Assembly: GCF_001194135.2 (NCBI RefSeq) | Contig: NC_068986.1 | Span: 18,344,546 to 18,382,166, forward strand | Direction of reading: 5' to 3' | Source of the DNA: Octopus bimaculoides | Taxonomy: Eukaryota | Length of the DNA stretch: 37,621 bases | Part shown: positions 1-10,700 of the stretch, piece by piece | Layout of the letters: each line of letters starts with the position of its first letter | Position numbering within the stretch: position 1 is the first letter of the stretch | The notes under the pieces: model-generated | The model's input: the letters and a program-made list of their open reading frames with translations, nothing else | Database searches by the model: none | Told to the model about the DNA's origin: nothing | Program-made: the position numbers and the translations under genes

Positions 1-36
<36 letters not shown>

Positions 37-291
37 TATACGTGTATGTATATGTCCACAAATATTTAGAGATACATACACACACATACGCAAACATACA
101 CGCATATATATATATATAGCATGATAGATAGATACATACATACATACATGCATGCATACATTCATTCATACATACATACATGCATACATACATACATATA
201 TACATACACATATATGCGGGCAGCGCATTTACTTCAGTTTACGTAGAAAAGACTTGTGTCCGTGTGTGTGTATACATATATCTATGTATCT

Positions 292-348
<57 letters not shown>

Positions 349-1529
349 TCTAGAGAATTTATATGCGTGTGTGTGTGTGTGTGTGTACGGTTATCTTTAA
401 CACCCTGAACTGAAGCCAGCTGTTGAGAAAGCGTTCATATGGAAGGGGAGGAGAAATTAACGAAGTATTTCTGAATAACCTGCAGCCAAATAACCTTCAG
501 AGAGTGCTAAAATGTCATGATAAATAAACATCAGAGCATCGAGTACAAATAGAAAAAGGAAATCAAGTCCTTTATAAGCTCCTAACTGATACAGATTATA
601 AAGATATGCATATGGCTGTTTGTGAAACTTTTTTTCTTTAAGCAATATAATAGCTCAGAAAGGCTAGCATCTTTCTAAGCAAATGAAAATATATCTCAGC
701 AAAGCAATACGACATAGTTTTTAAAATATATATAGGGTAGCACATTAGTTTGATAATGGAACTGGGGAAAAAAACCCGACTGCGTTATTAAATATCCAGT
801 ATGGTTTAGTTTTGCGGTCCTTATCATTTTTGGAAATGAAATTCTGTTTTATAGTGAGTTCATATCTTTTGGACTTCTACATTTAAAATTCTCTCCATAT
901 TATTGTTCCAACGTCGAGTACTTTCCCAGTGTTATGAGTAAAATGTAAAATTTGTATATTTAAGGACACCACATGGTTTCGTGGAGTAGTGACGATTGAC
1001 TTCTATGTCTAGCAGACAAGTATCCAGTACGTATACAAAGTAAAGCCCAGAAAACATGATCTACTGGTCTTACCAATTTAGAGCGGGGTGTGATTCGCTC
1101 CTTTACTCACAATATATCGGACACAGATTGCGTGTCGCTAACAAGCTAGAAAACGTTTTCCTGAAGTTAAAATGTAGTAACATTGTTCTTTACAGAACTT
1201 CCACGTTATAGTGGCAAATGCAACGTCACCGTTTATAATTGTGTGTGTGTGTGCATATATTTATATATGCACACATGTGGTTCGTAAGCAAGCTATTTAC
1301 CACACAGCCACTCCTACGGATATGTGAGCAAATTCTTGTCAGCTTGAATTCGTCTGAAGTTCATCCAGAATCCATCCGTTCTTCGATGAAATATCGGCGA
1401 GGCAAACATTCATTTATTGGCCAATGAAATAAGCAGATTAATCGCGTTGGATTAATCGATTAAACACCTACCATAGATTTGTTGCTCCAGTCATATATCA
1501 GAGACATGTATGTATGCGTATGTTTTATC

Positions 1530-1715
1530 CTTAACTGCGTTCACTCACTAAACTGCGGCCTTGCTGGAGCAATGTCTGGAATAATTTACACCGAGCGAAT
1601 CGATCGCAATGTTTTAGTTTTAAAGCACAGTACATAGTTTATACAGGTCATTTGCCGAATCGCTAAGGTCGAGATACGTAAATGCACCAATACTGGTGGT
1701 CACGCGGTGGTGGAG
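1530..1715 (-). mobile_element. SINE family A, decayed 3' part
   Basis: Reverse complement resembles the 3' half of the 37141-37497 copy (ACTGCGGCCTTGCTGGAGCA, TTTGCCGAATCGCTAAG). Confidence 0.6.
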
Positions 1716-1750
1716 GATTCTCTCTCTCTATCTCTCACTCTCTAGCACTT

Positions 1751-1795
<45 letters not shown>

Positions 1796-1820
1796 AACAC
1801 ACACACATACACGCACACTT

Positions 1821-2237
1821 ATTCTTTTATTGCATTACTTGTTTCAGACATTTGACTACAGCGACGCTGGTGAACGCTTTTTAGTCAAACAAATCGACCC
1901 GCGACTTTTTCTTTGTAAGCCTAGTACGTATACTGTCGTCATAATTTGCCGAACGGCTATGTTACGGGACGTAAACTCACCAATATCAGTCGTCAAGCAA
2001 AGGTGTTGTGGAGACAAATACAGACACACAAATGGAGACTTATTTATACGTGTGTGTGTGTGTGTGTTTTTGTATATGTACCACGGATTTCTTTCCGTTT
2101 CCAATCTATCAAACCCATTCACAAGTCATTGGTTTACCCGAGGCACTAATAGTAGACAATTTCCCAGGTTAACGCGCAGTGAGACTGAACCCAGAACCAT
2201 GTGGTTGGGAAGTAAGCTTCTTACGACACATACGCAT
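1821..2237 (-). mobile_element. tRNA-derived SINE family A (CORE-like), near full length
   Basis: Minus-strand head AGCTTACTTCCCAACCACATGGTTCTGGGTTCAGTCTCACTGCG (B-box-like GGTTCAGTC), internal microsatellite and shared 3' tail; matches several other copies in the window. Probably one of the described octopus OK/OR SINE families; exact name needs a Dfam/Repbase search. Confidence 0.85.
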
Positions 2238-2306
2238 ATATTCACATTAATGTATATACCTATACGTAATTTTGTGTGGTGTACATATATGTCTGTTTGT
2301 GTGTGC

Positions 2307-2348
<42 letters not shown>

Positions 2349-2859
2349 TGTAAACATGGCTGATTCGAATTCCGTTCTAGCTTTGTGCTTATATTAAACC
2401 AGAAGCCACAGCAATATTGTCTTTCTATATATATTCTCAAATTACGATTCAAAGCCCCTTTTTTTTATGTTACCATGCAATCGACGTTCCAGATGTGTTA
2501 GTATAACACGGGGAAACTCGTTTGCAGCTGGCAGATAATATAAGCTAAACCGCCGGCATCACTACTATCATCTTCAATATCGTCCTGCCTATCCTCGTCA
2601 TCATCGTCATCATCATCAGAGTTTTTATCTCCTCTGCTCCACCCACATCATCATCATCATCATTATAAAGTTCATCCCCATTATCGTTTACAGAAGCAGA
2701 AAGACCAAAACATATGCTACTAACCTATACCCTCTGACTCAAGCTAGTCAACAAATAAGTAGATAAATAAAAATGAGATTGTATCAATCCAGTTATAAAG
2801 AATTAGGAGACTACGTAAACATTAGTCTCAAATGTTTTGACACAATGGCAGTAAGAACG

Positions 2860-3035
2860 AAGAAGGATTAAGACGATTACACTGACCTCCAGAGTTTTAC
2901 CCGGACGCATTTTATCAACTCCGAAATGATAAAAGGAAAACTCGACTTGGGTGGAATTTGAACTAAGGATGTACATATAAACGAAAGGCCGGTAGGAATT
3001 TTGCGCAGTGTGGTAACGATTCTGCCATCTCGATA
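2860..3035 (-). mobile_element. SINE family B, decayed copy
   Basis: Contains GAAAACTCGACTTGGGTGGAATTTGAACT and GGTAACGATTCTGCCA, matching the copies at 3235-3985 and 14182-14418. Confidence 0.7.
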
Positions 3036-3234
3036 CTTCTATGCTACATTAATAATGCAACTCATTTGGCAAATGTGCGCTGACTTGGATACTCGAAGCA
3101 GGTTTTAAAGCCGTTGATAGCTATATATGTAATACTCTCCAATCGTTTTTCATTCCGTAGCTTTTACTCCTATCGCTATGTAGATTTGCATACCAAAACA
3201 TAAGCCCCAAACAACTATCTGTATAATGACCATT

Positions 3235-3985
3235 TCTATTAAAGACACAAGGTCTGAAATTGGGGAAGGAGGGGTGCAGTCGTTAAGATCGTCCCCTGTA
3301 TGCAACTGGTGCTTAATCTATTGATGCAGAAAGGATAAAAGGCAAAGTCACCCTCAGCAGAATTTGTACACAGAACGTTAAAACAGAAGAAATATCGCTA
3401 AGCATTTCGGCCGACGTGCTAAAGTATCTGACAGATCGTCGCCTTAAATATTCTTTTCTACTCTAGTCACAAGGCCCGAAATGTTTGGGATGGGGCTCAG
3501 TCGAATAGATCGAAATCAGTACGCAACTGCTACTTAATTTATTGACCCTAAAAGGATGGAAAACAAAGTCGACTTCGGCGGAATCTGAACTCAGATCGTA
3601 AAGACAGACGAAATACCGCTAAGCATTTCGCCCGACGTGCTAACGATTCTTTTCTACTCTAGGCATGAGGACCCTAATTTGAGGGGAGGTGGTCCAGTCG
3701 ATTAAATCAGTCCCAGTACGCAACTGGTATTTAATTTATTGACCCCGGAAGGATGAAAGGCAAAGTCGACCTGGGCGAAATTTGAACTCATAGAGGGGAC
3801 AAACAAGGACAGACGAAGGAATTAAGTCGATTACATCGATCGCAGTGCGTAACTGTTACTTAATTTATCGACCCCGAAATGATGAAAGGCAAAGTCGACC
3901 TGGGCGAAATTTGAACTCATAACATAACGACAGACGAAACACCGCTGAGCATTTCGCCGAGCGTGCTAATGTTTCTACCAGCTTC
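3235..3985 (-). mobile_element. Head-to-tail stack of four SINE family B copies
   Basis: Units at about 3235-3447, 3451-3648, 3647-3792 and 3793-3985, each with the GGATGAAAGGCAAAGTCGAC-type central domain followed by an AATTTG(A/T)AC-type motif (the reverse complement of the B-box); two different 3' tails are present. Confidence 0.9.
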
Positions 3986-4426
3986 TTGCAGACGACAATC
4001 TTTATAACAATAATGATTCGTAAATCATTCTTAAACAATGTGTAGAATTTATGAATGCGTAAATGACTGCACTTTAATGGTTGTAGACTTAAATCATCTC
4101 AACATTTAACTGTACTCCATGGATATGTATCTGCGTATTTGCTGAATTCTCTACTTCGTCAACAATACTAATGGGATCTCTATTAACAGTTAGTATATAT
4201 AAATTTCTGAATTTTCTCGCCGGGAGATCTAATTCTCAATCGCTGGTTTACATGGAGATACATGTTGTTCTGGATCATATATAAGCCTTCCTCTTGTATC
4301 TTCTTTCTCCGCCGTTGTGTTGACAATATTCTCCTCAGTTAGAAGTAAGTATTTGTTCGCCCTGAAACATGATATCGCTGCGTTTATATTAGAAACTAAA
4401 GAATAATCCTCTTTAAACGATTCCAG

Positions 4427-4587
4427 AAATCATTAAGGACATTGGCATTGAAACAGATTTAGATGAACGTGCCAAAGAGACATTAATGAGAGCAAAACTC
4501 CTAGAGTTTAATATTTCAGCAGATGAAAGAAAAATGGATAAGAGGATTTCATTTAAAAGAGATTTAGAACTACTTATGAATCAATGA
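4427..4587 (+). CDS. Candidate terminal coding exon, unknown product
   Basis: Open frame IIKDIGIETDLDERAKETLMRAKLLEFNISADERKMDKRISFKRDLELLMNQ* after a TTCCAG acceptor; GTAAGT donor at 4345 and AATAAA at 4683-4688. No family recognised. Confidence 0.3.
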
Positions 4588-6488
4588 TCGAAGCACTTGA
4601 ATAGTCCCGAATGAAGGAGATTAAGGAGGAACACACAAGACGCATTAACTTCCTACATAATATCCAATGAAATATAATCCGAAAATAAAATGATAGGAAT
4701 CGATAGCTCTTATATACATTGGAGTTATATTATAATCATTTAGATACTAAAGTAATTTATTCACTGAATTACTTATTAATAGCTTTTATAGCATAAATTA
4801 CAAAAACAAATAGACTATATCGCAAGGAGTAGATGGGTGGGAAAGAAAAATGAATACAGCAGCTATGCTATGAATTTAAATACATATTATAAAATTATAA
4901 ACCCATACATATATACGTAGATCGGGTTATACATGAGGAAAAAGCAATTCAAAACGCACACACATACACACACACGCACACATAAACATACACACACATA
5001 TATGTATATATATATATATATATATAAGCAATGTTAATTCTCTAAATGAAGTATTAACAGTAACTGCACGATAAAGTGTAGTATATTGCCACTTAAGTGT
5101 NNNNNNNNNNNNNNNNNNNNNNNNNNNNNNNNNNNNNNNNNNNNNNNNNNNNNNNNNNNNNNNNNNNNNNNNNNNNNNNNNNNNNNNNNNNNNNNNNNNN
5201 NNNNNNNNNNNNNNNNNNNNNNNNNNNNNNNNNNNNNNNNNNNNNNNNNNNNNNNNNNNNNNNNNNNNNNNNNNNNNNNNNNNNNNNNNNNNNNNNNNNN
5301 NNNNNNNNNNNNNNNNNNNNNNNNNNNNNNNNNNNNNNNNNNNNNNNNNNNNNNNNNNNNNNNNNNNNNNNNNNNNNNNNNNNNNNNNNNNNNNNNNNNN
5401 NNNNNNNNNNNNNNNNNNNNNNNNNNNNNNNNNNNNNNNNNNNNNNNNNNNNNNNNNNNNNNNNNNNNNNNNNNNNNNNNNNNNNNNNNNNNNNNNNNNN
5501 NNNNNNNNNNNNNNNNNNNNNNNNNNNNNNNNNNNNNNNNNNNNNNNNNNNNNNNNNNNNNNNNNNNNNNNNNNNNNNNNNNNNNNNNNNNNNNNNNNNN
5601 NNNNNNNNNNNNNNNNNNNNNNNNNNNNNNNNNNNNNNNNNNNNNNNNNNNNNNNNNNNNNNNNNNNNNNNNNNNNNNNNNNNNNNNNNNNNNNNNNNNN
5701 NNNNNNNNNNNNNNNNNNNNNNNNNNNNNNNNNNNNNNNNNNNNNNNNNNNNNNNNNNNNNNNNNNNNNNNNNNNNNNNNNNNNNNNNNNNNNNNNNNNN
5801 NNNNNNNNNNNNNNNNNNNNNNNNNNNNNNNNNNNNNNNNNNNNNNNNNTATCCGCACACATCCAGAGAAACACACACGGACATTAGTCAAATATATCAT
5901 ATGGTTTGTAACTTTGTCCCTTTCGTTTCTCAAGGATAGAAAATAATTATAAAAAAAAACAACATGGACAGAACGAAAAGCGAGAGTACAAAAAATAACT
6001 TGCCTTTTTCTGTAGACATAACAATTCCAGCTTTATCTCTCTTGAAAAAGACAGCCACGTAGATAATAGATAACGTTTCAAACCTGCAGAAAAAAAACTT
6101 AGAGTAGAAGTCATTTAGATGATACAAGTATTTAAATTACATAACTAAAACAGAGCTTAAGTGATAAATTGATATGCTTCCACTATCTTTTAACCAATAT
6201 ACGTTATCAGTGTATTGCAACGTTATAGTCTTTCATATTTCGTCATCAATATTACTTAAATATTTATAACTCTTAGAGTATTGATTTAACATACTGATTC
6301 GTATGCCGATTGCCAACGATATTTTAAAATTATAGACACTTGTTCCAAGTAAAACAAAAAAACGAAATTAACTCACCATATATCTATCTATATATCTATA
6401 CATATATAGATATCTATCTATTTATATCTGTATATATGTGTGTATGTGTTTGTATACATATCCGTATATACATGTCTGTGTATAAGTG

Positions 6489-6523
<35 letters not shown>

Positions 6524-6579
6524 NNNNNNNNNNNNNNNNNNNNNNNNNNNNNNNNNNNNNNNNNNNNNNNNNNNNNNNN

Positions 6580-6628
<49 letters not shown>

Positions 6629-7227
6629 GATATTCACATATACACAAGTTGTCTGCGTTGTTTGTTCGTTGGGTGGCTGCTCTTTTATGCGCAAGAGAAT
6701 ATATTCTCAGTGCTGCTCTTAAAGTGCCCTGTTTAAAACTTATGATATTTCAGTAGCAAATGAAGATAGTCCAGCAACGATCAAAAGAATTGTAGGCTGC
6801 TAACCTGATTTTATACAGTGGCAAGGTAATTACAATACCGGTGGTTGTTCAATAATTGCGTTCCTATATCAGTAGTGATCGCTTTTGTCTTTATTTGGAG
6901 TTTGTCGTGAATACAAAATAATATATTTCTAGCTGCATAATAGTACTTCAATCTTCGCTCTAAAATATTTATAACTCTTCACAAGCTAACTCTAGATGAG
7001 GTTTATTTCGATGTAGCCGAGTTTATCAGGTCTACACACATTAGTAAGCACAATAAGCGTTGCCGGCTGCAGAATTTCTTCTCTAGCGTTAATGTTTGTT
7101 ACCTTCGTCTTTCTGGTTTCCAAATAACATTAGACCTCTGTAGAATTGCTTATTTCACTGCGACAGAGATGCTCATTTTACTCTAAACGTATATGTAAAT
7201 TCTGGAACAACTTCGATGAATCTAAGG

Positions 7228-7330
7228 CAATGGTTCCGTAAGTGGGAGGTACTGCCTGAATGTAGTGTAGACATTCAAGAGTGCGTTGAAGTAAAGCTGG
7301 GCACTAACGGTGGGGGGGGGGTATCCTAAA
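7228..7330 (+). mobile_element. Possible hAT (Charlie-type) terminal remnant
   Basis: CAATGGTTCCGTAAGTGGGAGGTACTGCC resembles CAGTGGTTCCCAAAGTGGG-type hAT termini, preceded by TCTAAGG and followed by a G-rich run; no partner end found. Confidence 0.35.
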
Positions 7331-7502
7331 AGGGCCGTTGGATGCAAAAACAAAATAATAGATTAATAAGGTGAACTTCTATTTGTTTTGAATTTGGAGC
7401 ACAAAGTGATCTTTGGTCGGGGTGATGACTTGTGCGGAGCGCTAGGAATGTTGACATAACGACATCGGTTATCAGGTGATGGTGTGGGAGGCAAATGCAT
7501 GC

Positions 7503-7537
<35 letters not shown>

Positions 7538-7568
7538 CGTGTGTGTATGTGTGGTTGTNNNNNNNNNN

Positions 7569-7619
<51 letters not shown>

Positions 7620-7624
7620 ATACA

Positions 7625-7775
7625 AACAACGCACTTCCGTAAACCAAATTCAATCACAAGTCTTTTGGTCGACCCGAGGCTACGGTAGAAGACACGCAGA
7701 TTCACATGCTGTATGACTAAACCCGGAACCATGTTGTTTGGGAAGAAAGCTTCTTACCACATAACCACTCTTGTT
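7625..7775 (-). mobile_element. SINE family A, 5' half
   Basis: CTTCCGTAAACCAAATTC...GGTCGACCCGAGGCTACGGTAGAAGACAC...CGGAACCATG...GCTTCTTACCACATAACCACTC matches the family A head and central domain. Confidence 0.85.
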
Positions 7776-8149
7776 TCCGTATATATATATATATGTGTGT
7801 GTGTGTGCGTGTGTGTATGTGTGGTTGTTTGTGTGTGTGTGTGTATGCATATGTTTAAGCACTTGTGTAAGGATGTATGAATGTAAGAGTGTACGTATAT
7901 ATCTCGAGAGAAACATAAATTTGTCTTTAGTGAGTGATGACACATTGTATCAGCCTGGAACGTTACACATCTGCAACTTATCATTTGGTCTGAACTTCAT
8001 TTCCTCGTTCTTGTTACTTATAGCAACAACAGTTATAGAATTACAAGTGTAGAACAAACGTATATATATATATATATATGTATATATACGTAGACACACT
8101 GACACAAACACAGATATAGTGTGACAGAACAGCAGAGGTCGCCAGATTG

Positions 8150-8182
8150 ATGGATAGAGAGGTAGGTATGTAGATAGATAGG

Positions 8183-8255
<73 letters not shown>

Positions 8256-8260
8256 GGATC
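8150..8260. repeat. (GATA)n microsatellite
   Basis: Long run of GATA units with a GGTA-interrupted start. Confidence 0.95.
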
Positions 8261-8548
8261 GACAGACGTTCATTGACCGAGCATCATAAAGGTTAAATGG
8301 ATTTGTTGTCCCAAATAAATTGCACATCACTTCATGCTTGACGAAACTGCAAGTTGTTACTCAGGCACGCACTTAAGACAGCACCGCATTTTCATAGTGG
8401 AAACAACTATAAGCAAATGAAGTTCATAAGATAATCTTTTATGCATTTGTCATCTCTTTTCTTATAACTTCTCTGTGCTCGACCAACGCTTTGTTCAGAA
8501 TCATACGTAGAGTGGGTTTTACACCGGGTTATTAGTATGACTGGGTCA

Positions 8549-8872
8549 CACCCGCCGTGCTCTCCTGGTTTGGCACCAACGGATTTCCACCTCTTTTGAT
8601 CTCTTTCAAATGCTCTGCGCAGGGTTTCGTTCAATAGTGATGCAGAATTCAGCGCTTGGTTGGATCAATTTTTCGAGTCGAAATAAATTTTTGGAGTCGA
8701 AATTGGGTGATTTTCTTCCAAAGAGTTATTCAAAATCTTGTTGAACGTTGGGAAAAAGTTGTAAATAACAAGGATGAATACTTTATTGATTAATTAGTTG
8801 TTAGTTTTTATTAAACCTTTTAAGAAATTTAAATTTTAAAAAAACGTCGGTAACTTAGTTGCCAAATCAATA
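8549..8872 (+). mobile_element. Mariner transposase C-terminal remnant with 3' TIR
   Basis: Translates HPPCSPGLAPTDFHLF*SLSNALRRVSFNSDAEFSAWLDQFFESK, then after a local duplication/frameshift FQRVIQNLVERWEKVVNNKDEYFID* (stop 8791-8793). This matches the mariner HPPYSPDLAPSDYHLF...LVERWQKVV..GEY pattern. Reverse-complemented end TTGATTTGGCAACTAAGTTACCGACG resembles mellifera-type TIRs and is followed by TA. Confidence 0.92.
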
Positions 8873-9264
8873 TATATGTATATGTATACAGACATACGTA
8901 TTTCCATATATATATTCATATATACGTAGATATGTATATATAATAATTGTATATACAAACACTATGAAAAAAACCGTTGAATAAAGGGTAATTACTCCAA
9001 TAGGTATGGGGGGAAGTAATACTTCATTTATAGGTATATATGTGTGTTTATGTGTATATGTATACGCATGTGTGTGTATCTATATAGATATATATATATA
9101 TACATACATATTTGTGTGTGTGTGTACGTGAGTGTATGTATATGTATATGTGTGCATATGCGGATTCTATGAATGAAGTATTACTTTCACCGTGCCTACT
9201 GGAGTAATTTCCCTTTTTTTTAATGGTTTTTGTTTTTGTTTTTGTTCTTTTTTTATGTTCAAGA

Positions 9265-9344
9265 CGTTTGTCATAATAACTGATGAGATGCCGGAGCAGA
9301 TTTCAGCCTCGGCATCCGAAACTCTGAGTTTTATTATGACAACG
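9265..9344 (+). ncRNA. Type I hammerhead ribozyme
   Basis: Stem I 9268-9279/9331-9342 (12 perfect bp), core CTGATGA 9280-9286, stem II GATGCCG 9287-9293 / CGGCATC 9310-9316, GAAA 9318-9321, stem III ACTC/GAGT, predicted cleavage after 9330 (GUU). Confidence 0.8.
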
Positions 9345-9422
9345 AACTAATTCTCACATATATTTATATATAAATTCCTCTATTTTACATAATATGGAGT
9401 CTCGTTCATTCTTAGGTTGCCA

Positions 9423-9465
<43 letters not shown>

Positions 9466-9476
9466 TATTATGTATA

Positions 9477-9500
<24 letters not shown>
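9423..9500. repeat. (ATT)n then (TA)n microsatellites
   Basis: Direct inspection. Confidence 0.9.
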
Positions 9501-9534
<34 letters not shown>

Positions 9535-10192
9535 CATTTAGTTTTATGTATATATGTATATATAAATATAATTATTTATATGTGTGAACATATATGTGAG
9601 ACCTTGTGTGCGTGGGTGTGTGTGTGTGTGTGTGTGTGTGTATGGGTGTGTGTGTGTGTGTGTTTGAATACATGTATTTATCCAATCACGTACCATTGCA
9701 TTTCAATAGAATATTCAAAATGCTGCAATATACTTCCATCAGTATGAAAGTATTTGTAGTTTTTAAATAAGTTCTTCCCTGTTTCTTTATTTGTTTATAT
9801 CAATTTGCGTTTGAATAGTTGATGTGTTGTTTAGTCGTATTTCTTTTTGTTCGAATTCGAAATTTTTCGTTGTTTGTTTGTGTTTACTGTTTGTATCTGT
9901 ATTTGTTATTTTAAAATAATGTTTATGGTAGGGAATCGATTTTATTTTGTTTGCGTTGATGTTCGTTGTTTGTGTTTATGTTTGTGTTTTCGTATTTATA
10001 TGTGTTTAGTCGTTTTTTTAATGTGTGTCATCTCATAACAATGTACACATGTGTTGGAGCGATTGTATGTATGTGTGATTATTCGTTGATTTTAACCAAC
10101 TTTCAATCTATAAAGCCAATCTTTTGTGCTATCAGATATTTAAATTTTAGATGGCGCTGATAAATGAATTTAAAGAAAATCTATTTTTTAAG

Positions 10193-10347
10193 TTACCGTT
10201 GAGTGTGATAACCCATTAGATCGTGTTGACGTGTCTCAGGAAGAAATACTATTTCAAAACGGTGAAGACAATTTTTCAGAAACCATCTCTTTGCAAGTGG
10301 TATACTTGGTTGTAATTCAGCACTATGTACCTCGGGAACGAAGTTAG
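10193..10347 (+). CDS. Candidate internal exon, unknown product
   Basis: TTTTTTAAG acceptor then open frame TVECDNPLDRVDVSQEEILFQNGEDNFSETISLQV; only weak donors (10297, 10300); a competing minus-strand ORF overlaps it. Confidence 0.22.
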
Positions 10348-10499
10348 AATGAACTTGTAAAGCGTTGTCTTGCATTCATATGGCAACAATGTCAATGTTT
10401 TGGGTTTTATCTAACTTGGCATCACAGCAAGTGTTTAACACGCGGTTATCTTGAGAACCTCTTTCAAATATCGTGTATTATATAACGATTCAAATTTCT

Positions 10500-10700
10500 A
10501 AAACAAGGTATCTGCGCACAGGGCCAGCGATTTTACGGGAAGGCAAACGTCGATTGCATCGAACTTAGAACTCAAATGGTACATATGTTAACGACGCTGA
10601 TAGGAGGAAATATAAAGTTCAACTCGGCGGTATTGGATATCGCAAAACCAGAAAGAATCTCTGTTTATATTTCCCCGAGGCGCAAACCAGCTCGCTGTCT
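10500..10700 (-). mobile_element. SINE family B, strongly decayed
   Basis: GTCGATTGCATCGAAC, AAAGTTCAACTCGGCGG and CCAGCTCGC appear in the family B order. Confidence 0.5.

Noticed and set aside
2515-2670. Acidic minus-strand peptide SDDDDDDDEDRQDDIEDDSSDAGG
   Set aside because: Derives from a decayed (CAT)n microsatellite, with an in-frame stop just upstream and no convincing splice sites.
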